Below are positions 35,846 through 49,624 of a stretch of DNA of 64,000 bases, piece by piece (the first letter of the stretch is position 1; each line of letters starts with the position of its first letter). The translations under genes were made by a program, and so were the position numbers. Where the stretch lies: assembly GCA_951406725.2 (NCBI GenBank), contig OX597815.1, positions 10,850,001 to 10,914,000 on the forward strand, read 5' to 3'. The notes below the pieces were generated by a model. It saw nothing but the letters and a program-made list of their open reading frames with translations, was not told the DNA's origin and did no database searches. Source of the stretch: Octopus vulgaris. Taxonomy: Eukaryota.

Positions 35846-36390
35846 GGTTGTGTATTCTACAGACTTCTGTACCCTTAACATAATTCCCAAGCCAAGTCAG
35901 TGTAACACAGTGTAACTATGTTAGCACTTTGAATTACAAGGGCAGAAAATTTGAAGGGCTTCCACACAATTTCTATCTATTCAGCATCCCTTAAAAACAA
36001 CTTGGGTTGACCTGAGGGTACAATAAAGATATTTGTCCAGAATGCCAAATATAGTGAGATCTAATCCAGGAACTCATCATATGAAGGGCTAAAAAACTTT
36101 GACATGTTTTTATTTATGTAAAGATTCAGAAATCCTCATGCAAAGTTTTTCGAAAAAAAAAAGTATACAATTTGTAGGAAGTACAAAGTATTTGTATTTT
36201 TTTTAGGAGCAGGAGTGGCTGTATGGTAAGTAGCTTGCTTACCAACCACATGGTTTCTGGTTCAATCCCACTGCGTGGCACCTTGGGCAAGTGTCTTCTA
36301 CTATAGTCTCGGGCCGACCAAAGCCTTGTGAGTGGATTTGGTAGATGGAAACTGAAAGAAGCCCATCGCATATATGTATATGTATGTATG

Positions 36391-36436
<46 letters not shown>

Positions 36437-37983
36437 AATGTGTGTCTGTGTTTGTCCCCCCAGCATCGCTTGACAACTGATGCTGGTGTGTTTACGTCCC
36501 CGTCACTTAGCGGTTTGGCAAAAGAGACCGTTAGGATAAGTACTAGGCTTACAAAAAATATTAGTCCTGGGGGTCGATTTGCTTGACTAAAGGCGGTGCT
36601 CCAGCATGGCCGCAGTCAAATGACTGAAACAAGTAAAAGAGTAAGTAATGAAGATTCAGTGTGGTGAATTTTCCTTTTTAGGGATCTGCATGGTTGCGTT
36701 GCATTTAGTTATTGCTGAGTTGAAGCTGGGGTATCAAGATCCAGTGTAAAAAGTGTTAAAGATCACTGGTAATTTTTCTACATGTTTTGACCAATATCTA
36801 TATATATATGAATTCTAAGATCAGTAAGGCTGCCTGTAAATGAGATTTTTGCGATGCAAGTGTAGTAGTTGCCATCTGCTGAAGAATGTGTGTTTTTATA
36901 GAGATAGCAGTAATTAGATTGATTATAAATGTAGAAAAAGAAGAAAATGAGTTGTGCAATAAATGTGCCAGTACTCATCATCATCATTGTTTAACGTCCG
37001 TTTTCCATGCTAGCATGGGTTGGACGGTTTGATTGGGGTCTGGGAAGCCAGGAGGCTGCACCAGGCTCCAGTCTGATCTGGCAGAGTTTCTACAGCTTGA
37101 TGCCCTTCCTAATGCCAACCACTCCGAGAGTGTAGTGGGTGCTTTTTACATGCCACAACCACAGGTGCCAGGGGAGGCTGGCAGCGGCCACGATCGGTTG
37201 GTGCTTTTTTCGTGCCACCGGCACAGATTATGATAGAATAAATGGTCATGGCAGATCCTTCAGCATGAAATTTAATTCAAGAAATTTTTGGTGGGTGAGG
37301 ATTTTCATGATCAAAAAGCTTTCTAGAAGATTCTCCTGTCAGTTATAGCAAAGACTTTGCTGATGTTAATATTTCCAAATGCAAGAGGTTACTTTAGTCA
37401 CTAATATCTCTATATATATAAACGGCAAAATGTCTGTGTGTGTGTGTGTCCTTTATACAAATCCACAAGTTTTCAATTAGAGGGCTCGCACTTTCTATGG
37501 TCATTCAAAACCGTCCAAGGGTGGTCGTGCACATCTTTACATTTCCCCAGTCACCCCGCAAAGCCATTAAAAAAATCAATAGAAGTGACTTTTTTGTGAA
37601 TTTTCTATCTAAAACCCAATCAAAATTTGCCCGAATCTTGATACGCCAATTGAATGCCAGCTAGCTGTATGTGATGGGTCGGAGATTCGGACAATACTCG
37701 CGTGTATGTGTGCACGCATGCAGCCGTATATGCATGCAGTAGCACTCTTTTACTCATTTACTTGTTTCAGTCATTTGACTGTGGCCACGCTGGAGCATTG
37801 CCTTTAGTCGAGCAAATCGACCCCAGGACTTATTCTTTGTCGGGTCATAGTACTAGTTTTCAAATACAAGAGACCACTTGTGTGTCAAGGTAATACTACT
37901 AGTGGAAGTAATTTACACTTAAACATGGAATCATTAACACATGAGTCAGTAGAAATGGTATAGAAACTTCTAAGAAGACTTAC

Positions 37984-38097
37984 CTTTGAAGTTAATATCA
38001 ACCATATCAATAACTTGAAGGCGGAAGGCTTTTGCAGTAGCAACTATCTTCTGTCGAGCATACAACAATTCACTCCCTTCTCGACTTCTGGTAGCAC
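37984..38097 (-). CDS. CLYBL: CLYBL coding exon 4 (GATRSREGSELLYARQKIVATAKAFRLQVIDMVDINFK)
   Basis: TAG|GT acceptor, G|GTAAGT donor. LYARQKIV--AKAF-LQ-ID matches CLYBL. Confidence 0.95.
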
Positions 38098-38707
38098 CTA
38101 CCAATATAAAGTTTAGCAAAAAGCGTCAGCAACAGTTTAGAGTTCAAATTGCTTTCATATTATTTTTTTGTAATATCATTAGTAAAACATAGATTTCTAA
38201 AATTTGAGGAGACTTTATGCAGTTATTCAAGCCGTTAGAAGTAGTAGCCAAATCTTCTCAATATCATAATCATCGTTTAACATCTGTTTTCCGTGGCTAG
38301 CATGGGTTGGACGGTTCGACTGGGGTCTGGGAAGCCAGGAGGCTGCACCAGGCTCCAGTATGATCTGGCAATGTTTCTACAGCTGGATGCCCTTTCAAAC
38401 GACAACCACTCCATGAGTGTAGTGGGTGCTTTTTACGTGCCAGGGGAGGCTTGCAGCATCCATGATCGGTTGGTGCTTTTTACGTGCCACCGGCACAGAA
38501 GCCAGTCAAGGCAGCGCTGGCATTGGCCAGGTTTGGATGGTGCTTTTCACATGCCACCGGCACAGGTATACCCGACTATCTAAAAATAAGTGAAGGGCAG
38601 CACTGCTAGTATTATAGAAGGGAAAATTGTAACATCTTTGTATAGTTACTTGACCTGCTAGAAATAGCTGCCAAGTCTTAAAACAAAGGATATGTTGGAT
38701 AATGTAA

Positions 38708-39105
38708 TCTCTCTCTATATAAAGCTGAAGTTGTCTGTGTATGGCAGGTTTGGTAGCCTTCAACTAACTCTATCTCCTCTGAGACCCTGCGGTGCAAATT
38801 GACCAAAATTGAGAGTATGATAGAAGAGGGATTGCTCTTCATTCCGTAGAAGAAAAAATTCAAATCGGACCATGTTAACACCAAAAATTATTTACATCAA
38901 AAAGGTGCTTTTTTTCTATGAAAATCTCTATTTTTTACGATTTTTTTACTGCTGTGTTGCCATTTTTCGGTGTATTTCAACTAGAAAATTGTTCAATGAA
39001 AGAGAATAACAAGCTACATAATGCAAAATTTTTACTTTTCAAAAATTCCAATTCTAAAGGGTCAAAAAGAAAACAAGCCCGAGCAACGCTGGGCTGTACT
39101 GCTAG
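38708..39105 (+). mobile_element. Non-autonomous Helitron, family 2
   Basis: a|TCTCTCTCTATATAAAG 5' end; hairpin GCCCGAGCAACGCTGGGC followed by TGTACTGCTAG|t. Interior differs from family 1; second copy at 63108-63500(-). Confidence 0.8.
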
Positions 39106-40966
39106 TTCTAGATAAAAATGACAAGATGTTCATGACTAAAATATCTTTAATCATCAGTCTACATAAGCAAGGTGAACTTTGGATTACACAATTAATATTT
39201 TAGAAATTACCACTTTCTCAGCAAGCAGGATAGTATCTAAGTAACTTAGCAAGCTTCAATTTTCTTACCATAAAAAAAGACTCTATGTTGTGGCATGACC
39301 TGCTAGAAATAGTAACTAAATACCTTTCAAGTCATACACTACCATTTTTAAAAAGGGAGGAGATATTAGTTCCTCATGACTTCTGTTGGCCAGAGTTGAT
39401 CATATATCTGCATCTATATGAGAAGAGGTTATTTTGTGCAAGTTGCCTGTGCATGCAATTCTTACAACATAACACAATTCTATCCAATCAGTATTGCCCA
39501 AAAGATGGCTATTTCACAATGACTGATACAGCTTAACACCAGTGTCTATGAAGCAGCACTTCCAGTGCTTCAGTAATTGCTTCATTTAAATAATAATAAT
39601 AATGAAATTATTGTATACAGTGCTCAAGTGCATCAAATAAAATAGAGTACCATAGAGATAAAATAAAACCGAGAAACTAAGATACAACAGAATATCTATT
39701 GAAATACACATTAAATTATTTTTCAGTTTCTTTTGGTCGTTTTTGTGGTATTTTATAACCTTTACTGTTGTTAAAATAGATTTTAAAAATAATAATGAAA
39801 TTATTGTATACAGTGCTCAGGTGCACCACAACTTGTCAAAAGTGCGTATAAAGCATATGCAGTAATGTACAAATGTCTGGGAAGTGAACAGTGTATGAGT
39901 CAGATACATGCTTGCGTGTGTATGGAGGGGAGAAAATCAGGTGTAGTGTTGGCGAATTTCAGGAAGCATGGAAGTTTTGAAGGATTCAGTGCTCCGACAA
40001 CTAACAACTGATGCCGGCAGTTTGTTCCATGCTTCAGCAACTCTTAGCGTGAAAAAATGTTTCTGAAAGTCATGGGAGTTGTGCTGTTTTCTGACTTTGT
40101 AAACATGTCCACGGGTGTTAGACAGGTGGAGTTTGAAAAGGTGCTCAGAGTTATTGTTAGTAAGATGGTTAATAATTCTATGGGTGTCTGCCAAGACTAC
40201 CCTAGATTGGTACTTTTTCTTATGGGCTTGGAAAGAATGAAAAGTAAAGCTGACCTTGATGGGTGAACTCAGAGTGCACAGAATTGGAACAGATACCATG
40301 ATCCATTCTAACAGCTTTGCCAATTTGCAGTTCTAAGAGATTCATCATCATTCATCGTTTAACGTCCGCTTTCCTTACTAGCATGGGTTGAACGATTTTG
40401 ACTGAGGGCTGGCGAACCAGATGGCTGCACCAGGCTCCAATCTTGATCTGGCAGAGTTTCTACAGCTGCATGCCCTTCCTAACGCCAACCACTCTGAGAG
40501 TGCAGTGGGTGCTTTTTACGTGCCACCGGCACGGGGGCCAGTCAGGCGGTACTAGCAATGACCTCACTCGAATGTTTTAACACATGCCACTGGTACAAGA
40601 GGCAGTAAGGCGACACTGGTAATGATCATGCTCGAATGGGGCCTTTTATGTGCCACTGGCACAGAAGCCAGTTGCCCACTCTGGCAACGATCACGCTTGG
40701 ATGGTGCTCTTAGCACCCTACTAGCACGGGGCACAAGTGCCAGTAAGGCAACGAGTGCCACCAATTTGCAGATCTAAGATATTGGTTTAGATAATCTAGT
40801 CCTAAACAAACTATTAGTGAAAAAAGACAAGCAAAATATGATGGTTACATTTTGAATGCTTCCAATTACAAATCAAAGTCTAGCAGATCAGAGCTGATTT
40901 TATGTTAAATAACAACAACAAAAACAACTACAGCAGCAGCAGATATCAATATGGCAAATCACTCAC

Positions 40967-41168
40967 CTATATCAGCACAGAAATCATCCGATCCAAACAA
41001 TACTCCATCCAAATAATAATGGCATCCCGTCTGAGACAATTCTGTGAATCGTTGTAGGATAGCCTGGAGATTCAACAGACCAATACTAGTCTCTACAGAT
41101 GTGATTAAGGCTGGTTTCCAAGATGTTATCTTGTACTGACCACATATTTCTTCAAATAAGGATGTGAA
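40967..41168 (-). CDS. CLYBL: CLYBL coding exon 3 (FTSLFEE...LITSVETSIGLLNL...LDGVLFGSDDFCADI)
   Basis: AAG|TTC acceptor, G|GTGAGT donor. VET--GL-N and FG--DF-A metal-binding motifs. Confidence 0.95.
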
Positions 41169-42564
41169 CTTAAAGCAGAAGAAAAAAAATGATATTGTAA
41201 AAAAAAAAAAAAAGGTGTTATTAAGATGTTAATATCTTAATTTCTTAAGGATTAAATAAATATCCATCAGTAAGGTATCATCATCATCATCATCATCGTT
41301 TAACGTCCGCTTTCCATGCAAGCACGGGTTGGACGGTTTGACTGGGGTCTGGGAAGCCAGGAGGCTGCACCAGGCTCCAGTCTGATCTGGCAGTGTTTCT
41401 ACAGCTGGATGCCCTTCCTAATGCCAACCACTCTGTGAGTGTAGTGGGTGCTTACTACGTGCCAGGGGAAGCTGACAACGGCCATGATCGGTTGGTGTCT
41501 TTTACGTGCCACCGGTGCAGAAGCCAGTCAAGGCGGCGCTAGAGCACTGGACAAATTGTTTTGTGATGTTTAATTGTTTAGTTATAGGTTATAATTCAAA
41601 TACAGCTTGAGGTCAATAAAAGCATCACTGAAGAGGTTGATCTAATTACCCCAGCACCACATTTTCATGACCTTGTACTTATATTAGTACTCATAATCAT
41701 CATCATTTAACATCTGTTTTCCATGCTGGCATGGGTTGGACGGTTCGACTGAAAACTGGTAAGCTGGAGAGCTGTACCAGGTTCCAAACTAATTTGGCAT
41801 GGTTGCTATGGCTGTATGCCCTTCCTAATGCCAACCACTGCAAGAGCGTAGGGGGTGCGTTTTATGTGCCATTGGTACAGGTGTCAGTTATGTAACACCA
41901 GCATCAACCACAACTACAATCTAACCTGGCACAAGGCCAGCAAGCTTAGAGGAAAGGGTAAGTTGATAAAATCGACCCCAGCACTCAACTGGTACATATT
42001 TTATCAACCCTGATAAAATGAAAGCAAAGTTAACCGTGGCAGGATTTGAACTCAGAACAAAAAGACGGACAATATAGTGGAATTTTGTCTGTCGAGCTAA
42101 CAATTTTGCCAGCTGACTGCCTTAGAAGGATGTAAAAATAATGTTGACAATTAGCCTGGAATTCTTCCATTACTACCTTTTCACCTCTCTTAATGAGCGT
42201 AATAAAAAATACTGGTTTCAAATTTTGGCACAAGGCCAGCAATTACATTGACTGGTTCTTATTTTATCAACTCTGAAAGGATGAAAGTCAAAGTCGACCT
42301 CAGTGGAATTTGAACTCAGAACATAAAGATGAATGAAGTGTCACCAAACATTGTGCCTGGCATGCTAAGAAATTTGCCAGTTTTTAAAGGATGAAAAGAC
42401 AAAGTCAATTTCATTGGGATTTGAACTCAGAACATAAAGCCAGACAGAATGTTGCTAAGCAATTTGTCCAGTGTATTAACGATTCTATCAGTTTGCTACA
42501 TCATCATCATCATCATCATCATCATCAACGTCGTCATCATCATCATCATCATCATCATCATCAA

Positions 42565-42602
<38 letters not shown>

Positions 42603-42984
42603 ACATCGTCATCATCAACATCATCATCATCATCGTCGTCATCATCATCATCGTTTAATGTCCGCTTTCCATGCTAGCATGGGCTGGACGATTTTGACTG
42701 AGGGCTGGCGAACCAGACGGCTGCACCAGGCTCCAATCATGCTACCATTATGCAATATAAAATCTATACAAAGGTTTTTGTCCAATAGAGATAGAGAAGA
42801 AATAGGGTGAGGGCGATGTTCATGTCTATGGAAAGAATACTGCAAGAATCCTACTTTGATGGGAATTACAGTAAAATATTCAGTAATTTTGTTTCAATCT
42901 TTTAAAGAAAATACAAAGAATACAAAACTAGAAACAAAAACAACAATAAAAAGAGAATGGAAGGAATATATAAAAGTACTTTAC

Positions 42985-43173
42985 TTCTTCAATTTCTTGG
43001 ACATAGTCAACTTTCGGTAGAAGTAGTGTCTGAGGGAGACGGGAGGCAGTAAGGATCTGTCGAAGATCTTTTTCAGTCATTCCAGTACTGATGGAATTTA
43101 TACGCACAGTGCAATCAGCTTTACCAAACTCAATTTCACCCAACATCTTGGAAATATTCATCCGGGCTTCTTC
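42985..43173 (-). CDS. CLYBL: CLYBL coding exon 2 (EEARMNI...VRINSISTGMTEKDL...LLLPKVD..EIEE)
   Basis: AAG|GAA acceptor, GAA|GTAAAG donor. VRIN and LPKV motifs. Confidence 0.95.
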
Positions 43174-44077
43174 CTTTGAGTAATATACAAAACGAGAGAT
43201 GGTCAATGATCTTTTAATTTACTATGATTAATTTCAAACATGTTTGTAACATATAGAGTACTTCGTTAGTCAATTGAGTAATCAATCAGGTAATGCAAGA
43301 AGACATCATATTTATTGATTGCCATAGCAACATCATCATCATCATCGTTTAATGTCCGCTTTCCAAGCTAGCATGGGTTGGACGATTTTTGACTGAGGGC
43401 TGGCGAACCAGATGGCCGCACCAGGCTCCAATTTTGATCTGACTGAGTTTCTACAGCTAGATGCCCTTCCTAATGCCAACCACCCCGAGAGTGTAGTGGG
43501 TGCTTTTTATGTGCCACAGGCACGGGTGCCAGTCAGCCGGTACTGGCAACGAGGCAACGACCTCGCTCGAATCTTTTAACACATTCCACCGGCACAGGTG
43601 CCAGTAAGGCGACGCTGGTAACGATCATGCTCGAATGGTGCCTTTTATGTGCCACCGGCACGGAAGCCAGATAGCCGCTCTGGCAACGATCCCGCTTGGA
43701 TGGTGCTCTTGGCACCCTACTAGCACGGGCACAAGTGCCAATAAGGCGATGCTGGTAATGATCACGCTCAAATGGTGCCTTTTATGTGCCACCGGCACGG
43801 AAGCCATTTAGCCGCTCTGGCAACGATCACGCTTGGATGGTGCTCTTGGCACCCTACTAGCACGGGCATAAGTATCAGTAAGGCGACACTGGTAACGATC
43901 ACACTCAAATGGTGCCTTTTATGTGCCACAAGGAGAAGCATCCAGCGCATTCTGTATCATGGCTAGTATTTGGAAGGACATCCAACCATAGAAAATATGT
44001 CAAAGCTGAGGTATTGTAGCATTAGAAAGTAAATGTAATGATGATGATGATGATGTATATTAGCCAATGCAATTTAC

Positions 44078-44323
44078 CTTCTTATTATATGCCACTCCAT
44101 CTTCACAGTCCAATACAATGCAGTCAGCTTTAAGAGAAGGGATTTTGTTGAGCTTTTTAACGTCACTTCCAGGGACATAGAGCACAGCTTTCCTTGGAAT
44201 ATAATTCATATCTAGCACACCATCTATTTTTGTACAAATATTGCTACGGGTTGTCTTCAGTTGTAGATCTCGATTTAGACCTCTGAGAAATCGAAGACAC
44301 TTCGGCACCAAACCTTGCATCAT
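44078..44323 (-). CDS. CLYBL: CLYBL coding exon 1; citramalyl-CoA lyase, mitochondrial (total CDS 1011 nt, 336 aa)
   Basis: ATG followed by an Arg/Leu-rich, acid-poor presequence-like N-terminus, then YIPRKAVLYVPGSD..K...DCIVLDCEDGVA.NKK. AAG|GTAAAT donor. An acceptor (TTCTAG|) 8 nt upstream of the ATG implies a non-coding first exon. Confidence 0.95.
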
Positions 44324-44982
44324 TTTGTTGACTAGAATTAGAAAATGAGAGAACCAGTAAAAACATTAGTATGAGGATAAAAACAATTACAATTGGTATT
44401 TTTTTTTTAATATTAAATCAACAGAAAGGTGTAGGAGTGGCTGTGTGGTAAGTAGCTTGCTTACCAACCACATGGTTCCGGGTTCAGTCCCACTGCGTGG
44501 CACCTTGGGAAATGTCTTCTACTATAGCCTCAGGCTAACCAAAGCCTTGTGAGTGGATTTGGTAGACGGAAACTGAAAGAAGCCCGTCGTATATATGTAT
44601 ATGTGTATGTGTGAGTGTATATGTTTGTGTGTCCGTGTTTGTTCCCCCAACATCGCTTGACAACCAATACTGGTGTGTTTATGTCCCCGTAACTTAGCGG
44701 TTCGGCAAAAGAGACCGATAGAATAAAGTACTAGGCTTACAAAGAAGAAGTCCTGGGGTTGATTTGCTTGACTAAAGGCGGTGCTCCAGCATGGCCACAG
44801 TCAAATGAATGAAACAAGTAAAAGAGAAATTTAAACATTCTTGGTCAGCATGGTAAAATAATAGACCACACCTTAATCAATTAACTTTAAATCAATGATA
44901 TGTTATTGACAAACACCAATGGACAGAAATGTACGTCTAGCATTGTCACCACCACTCCTGTATAATTTTCATTGCTTTAGTC

Positions 44983-45630
44983 CAGTGGTTCCCAACCGGG
45001 AGTGAAAATCAAATTTTGGCAGGGGCGATGAATGCAGTCTTTGATCAGCAGCTGTATTCACAACTGGCAATCACACATCCAGTGCGTCTTGACAACAAGG
45101 GCTCTTCTCAATAACTATAGTCAAGCCCTAAAACCAACTCTTTTTCTTAATTCAGATACAGAAACTATGTGCCTCAATAAGTGGGTAATCATCCAGGATT
45201 TAGTTCATCCCTGAATTTCTTACCCTTGTTATTATGACACTGGCTGCCGACTGTGTGATTCATTGAATACACGGCGTTTGCCTGAATTTGACATTGTGCC
45301 TTGACTCTCAAGACTATTGAAAAGGTTGCAAGACGCAATGAAAATTTTAGGAAAATAAAAATAAGAAGTGGAAATTTTACCGGTGAGTGTATTACATTAT
45401 AAGGCACAAAAAGAAAATGATTCTCCCCAGACACAACAGAATTTAGAATAAAGTTTTATTTAAATTCGTTTTTCTTTTGCATTTACATGTACTAAATTTT
45501 TTTTAGCGTTGATTAGTGTAATGACATTATATTTAATATTTATCATTTTTTTGGTGGGTGATTATCAATTAGCTTATGTCAAAAATAGCTTTTAGTGGGA
45601 GATGACTAGGAAAAAGTTTGAGAACCACTG
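44983..45630. mobile_element. Non-autonomous hAT (Charlie/Buster-type) element
   Basis: TIRs CAGTGGTTCCCAAC / GTTTGAGAACCACTG; 8-bp TSD CTTTAGTC / CTCTAGTC with central TA. Confidence 0.85.
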
Positions 45631-45889
45631 CTCTAGTCTGCTTGGCAAGAGATGAAATGTCTGTTCTTTGGTGGTCTCAAATCTCCATGAAGATCTTTTA
45701 GGGCTAAACTGCATAACTGGTAAAGAAGTGTGTGGATCTCAAGGACACTCGAGATGATGTCCTGATTGCTGGCATGATTTCCTGGAGGAAGATTGGCCAA
45801 CAAATACAATACACACATGACACACGCATACCTCAATTGTAGTTCACTCATGATAGTGAACTGGGGATTTAGAAAAAGGGGTTCAGATC

Positions 45890-46137
45890 CAGGGCCAGCG
45901 CTATACGAAGTGCAGGGCCCAATTAAAGAATTGTCTGTGGGGCCCTCTACTCTACAAAAGCTGAAGACTGGTGTTTTATGCTTCATGTAATAAGCCCGTC
46001 CCGACTAAAAAACGTTGAGGGCTTGATTTCATAAAAATTCATGAAAGCATCCTCTGCTCAAACGTGTGCAGAGTGACCCCTTTTGGCATAGGGCCCAATT
46101 TGAACAAATTTGTCTAATTGGCTTAAAACTGGCCCTG
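45890..46137. mobile_element. hAT MITE (CAGGGCC-type ends)
   Basis: TIRs CAGGGCCAG / CTGGCCCTG; 8-bp TSD TTCAGATC / TTCAAATC. Confidence 0.8.
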
Positions 46138-48817
46138 TTCAAATCCTCACTACACTGTCAAGGAATGTTCAAGTATTTTTGGCACAGTCTGTACCTATCA
46201 TAAAACCTGTAATCCATTCTGCCACTAAACCTGACTATTAAGGTAATTATCTTAATATGTAACAAATTTATTTTCTTTTTGTTGAAAATTACTATTCCCT
46301 TCAAACTGCTTTTGTGACCTTGGATCGTAGGGCGACACGTTGTTCTTGATCATCGTCATCATCATTGTTTGACTGTGGTCGAGACAATGGAATTTACCAT
46401 GCTACGCCAGACTTCACGGTCCATCATGGCATTACGGAGGTCCTGTTGCTGGATGCCTGTATCCCTGGAGATTACATCAGGGTAGGAGAGTGTGCGTCCT
46501 CTGGTATTGTGAGTAGATGGCTTCCAGAGGAGAAGAGTAGAAATTGCCTCGTTTTCAGCTTGAGGAGACCTATTGAGACAAGTACATCAGCATCAAAAAT
46601 CATATAGAAATTATGGTTGCAATACCTGACGCCGGTGGGATGTAAAATGCACCATCTGTATGTGGCTGATGCCAGCGCCGCCTTGACTGGCTTCTGTACC
46701 GGTGGCACGTAACAAGTACCAACCATTCGTGGCCACTGCCAGCCTACCCTGGCACCTGTGCCCTTCCTAACGCCAACCACTCCATGAGTGTAGTGGGTGC
46801 CAGGGGAGGCTGACCTATTTTCCATTACATTTCAGGCAGATTCAACACAGAGTTACTGAAGCAGAAATATCGTTATAGCAAATATTCTGCTCAATACCAC
46901 AGATCTGCTTGTCAGTTGCTTGAACATAACCACTTGAAAACGTCCCTCATATGGCTGACAATATGTGCATCTCTGATTACGATCAAGAGTAGTTGGGGGA
47001 GCATTATAGCCATGTGTCGAGAGGGATTCTTTGAGGTTTGAATAAATGTAACAATAGCAAAGATTGATGAAAATACAAGCCATTTTTTCATACTTTCTAG
47101 GGGTAAACAAATAGGAAATAAACAGTTGCTATTCAAGGACAAAAATCGTGTTACACAGTGTAATCGACAAGCTGTTTCTTCTTCTTCTTCTTCTTCTTAG
47201 CGTAGTACAACTGCCGCTGCTTCTACTACTACTACTACTACTACAACAACAAAAGATATCAGATGCAATACTTCGGGTTCGATCTACTTTCTGCTACCTC
47301 GTCGCTGGGACCGTTTTGTTTTTTAACATTATCTGCTCAGATCCCGCCGAAGTTAACTCTGCTTTTCCTTTCACCGAGGTCGTTAAAGTACTAGAGTCGA
47401 TGTAATTATCTTATCCTCCCTTCTTAAAAAATTGCTGACCTTGTGCCAACATTTGAAAGATTTACCCTCATGTATACATACTCTATACGCATAAGTACAC
47501 ACATAACAAGAGCAAAATGTATTTTCTACGAACATACTCGTACAAATAAATACCATTAATCGGATGTTAGTTAATTATAAACAAATACGGGCGAAGGGAA
47601 ATAACTTAAAGAAGCTAATAGCAGGGAATTTTAATAAATATATTGGGTGATATTACTAAATACCGGGTACAAACCATGCTTTATCTCTCTCTCTCTCTTC
47701 GTTGCAAGGGACCAAGTATTTTATAGGTACATGTATTATTCATGTTAGCAATTAAATAAAAACCAATAATTATAGGTACATGTATTATTCATGTTAGTAA
47801 TTAAATAAAAACCAGCGGGCGTGGCACTGTAAGAAAAACTAATATCCAAAGTTATATTTATAAATGTACTTGTAAATACACACATCCATCTGGATTATAT
47901 AGGATAGAGGAAATTACATGTCTTGAAATAAGCAAATGTTTGAATATGTAAGCAAGGATCCTTGGGGTAAGTAAATACATAGGAATTATGTAAACAGGTA
48001 TAGTTATAAACTGTTTATGTATACGTTATATAACGCAATCCAACATATTATTATCATTAATGAATCAGGGTATATGGTGTAAACAGTCGAGTTACCTGAA
48101 GTATTCTTCAATCGTTCAGTTGTGAAATTATGGGACAACAAAAACTGAAAGCAAGGTGAATAATCGGTGTAAGACCAAAACACATCAGTAGTGCAGACAA
48201 TTCCGTCAAAACTTAAGTAACCAATAATTATCGATCTCTTCCTCAAGAGTATATGGGCTTACATATTTATCAGGGAAAGTGAAGGAGAGCTGAGTGTTGT
48301 AACATCGATGCCCATATCGGGGGGGGAGGGATTTACTACCTTAAAAAGCAGTGAACCGAAATCGGAAATTTGTCCGGTTCAGACATTTGACTGTGGCCAT
48401 GCTGGAGCTCCGCCTTTTTAGTCGGTCGAGCAAATCGACCCCAGGACTTATTCTTTGTAAGCCTACTACTTATTATATCGATCTCTTTTGCCGAACCGCT
48501 AAGTGACGGGGACGTAAACACAAGACGTTGGGGGGAAAACACAGACACACAAACATACATATATACACATATATATTATATACATATATACGACGGGCTT
48601 CTTTCAGTTTCTGTCAACCAAATCCACTCACAAGGCTTTGGTTGGCCCGAGGCTATAGTAGAAGACACTTGCCACGCAGTGGGACTGAACCCGGAACCAT
48701 GTGGCTGGCAAGCAAGCTACTTACCACCCACCTTGCTGTTTGGTTGCTCTTTTAATACAACCTTTGACATGCGGGTGATGTAAACGGCTGCCAGGTGCGA
48801 TATATAGGTAAAATACT

Positions 48818-49012
48818 GGCGATGCTTCGGTATAAGTACACACGTGACTTTGTTTACATTTCTGAAGATAACAGAAACCTTAACCCTAACCCTAACACAA
48901 ACCCTAACCCTAACCTCCCCATATATATATATATATATATATATAAAACACTTTCTTGAAATGTATCCGGTACTTCCGGTACTTACACCGGTACATATAC
49001 CGAAGGTTCGCC
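48818..49012. mobile_element. MITE with 9-bp TSD and internal (CCCTAA)n
   Basis: TIR GGCGATGCTTCGGTATAAGTAC vs GTACATATACCGAAGGTTCGCC; perfect TSD TAAAATACT at 48809-48817 and 49013-49021. Confidence 0.8.
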
Positions 49013-49484
49013 TAAAATACTCTAGGTCATAGCTTCCGAAAGTGGGCGATTTCTTCTTACAGGTGGGCGATTTCTACTTACAGGTGGGCGCTGGGTGAAT
49101 TTCTAGAAAATGGTGGGCGATTTGAGATTTTGGTCGGCGTTATGAACATTTTGTGGGTGACAATGAATTTTTAGAAATCAAGTCTGCATTTACCGATATC
49201 TAGGCATACCTAGAATAAGGATGCACTTTTACCGATTTGACTACTCGCATGAGACATCTCTTTGTATTAAAAAAGCGGACTTGTTTTTCAATCGAATATT
49301 TTAGTCGCAGGCAGTCATTGAGATGGCGTAGGAGTGGCTGTGTGGTAAGTAGCTTGCTTACCAACCACATGGTTCTGGGTTCAGTCCCACTGCGTGGCAC
49401 CTTGGGCAAGTGTCTTCTACTATAGCCTCGGGCCGACCAAAGCCTTGTGAGTGGATTTGGTAGACGGAAACTGAAAGAAGCCCG

Positions 49485-49624
<140 letters not shown>

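Noticed and set aside
42391-42810. Poly-His ORF (139 aa)
   Set aside because: It is an expanded (CAT)n tail of an RTE 3' end, antisense within a CLYBL intron, with no splice or domain support.
7931-44323. Bacterial contamination or a recent HGT island (GH3 plus CitE-like genes)
   Set aside because: Both genes have many GT-AG introns filled with host repeats, and CLYBL has a eukaryotic mitochondrial-type N-terminus.
46364-46470. Unique segmental duplication with 54982-55090
   Set aside because: Both begin at a CATCAT-type tail and look like short 3' ends of a dispersed LINE family.
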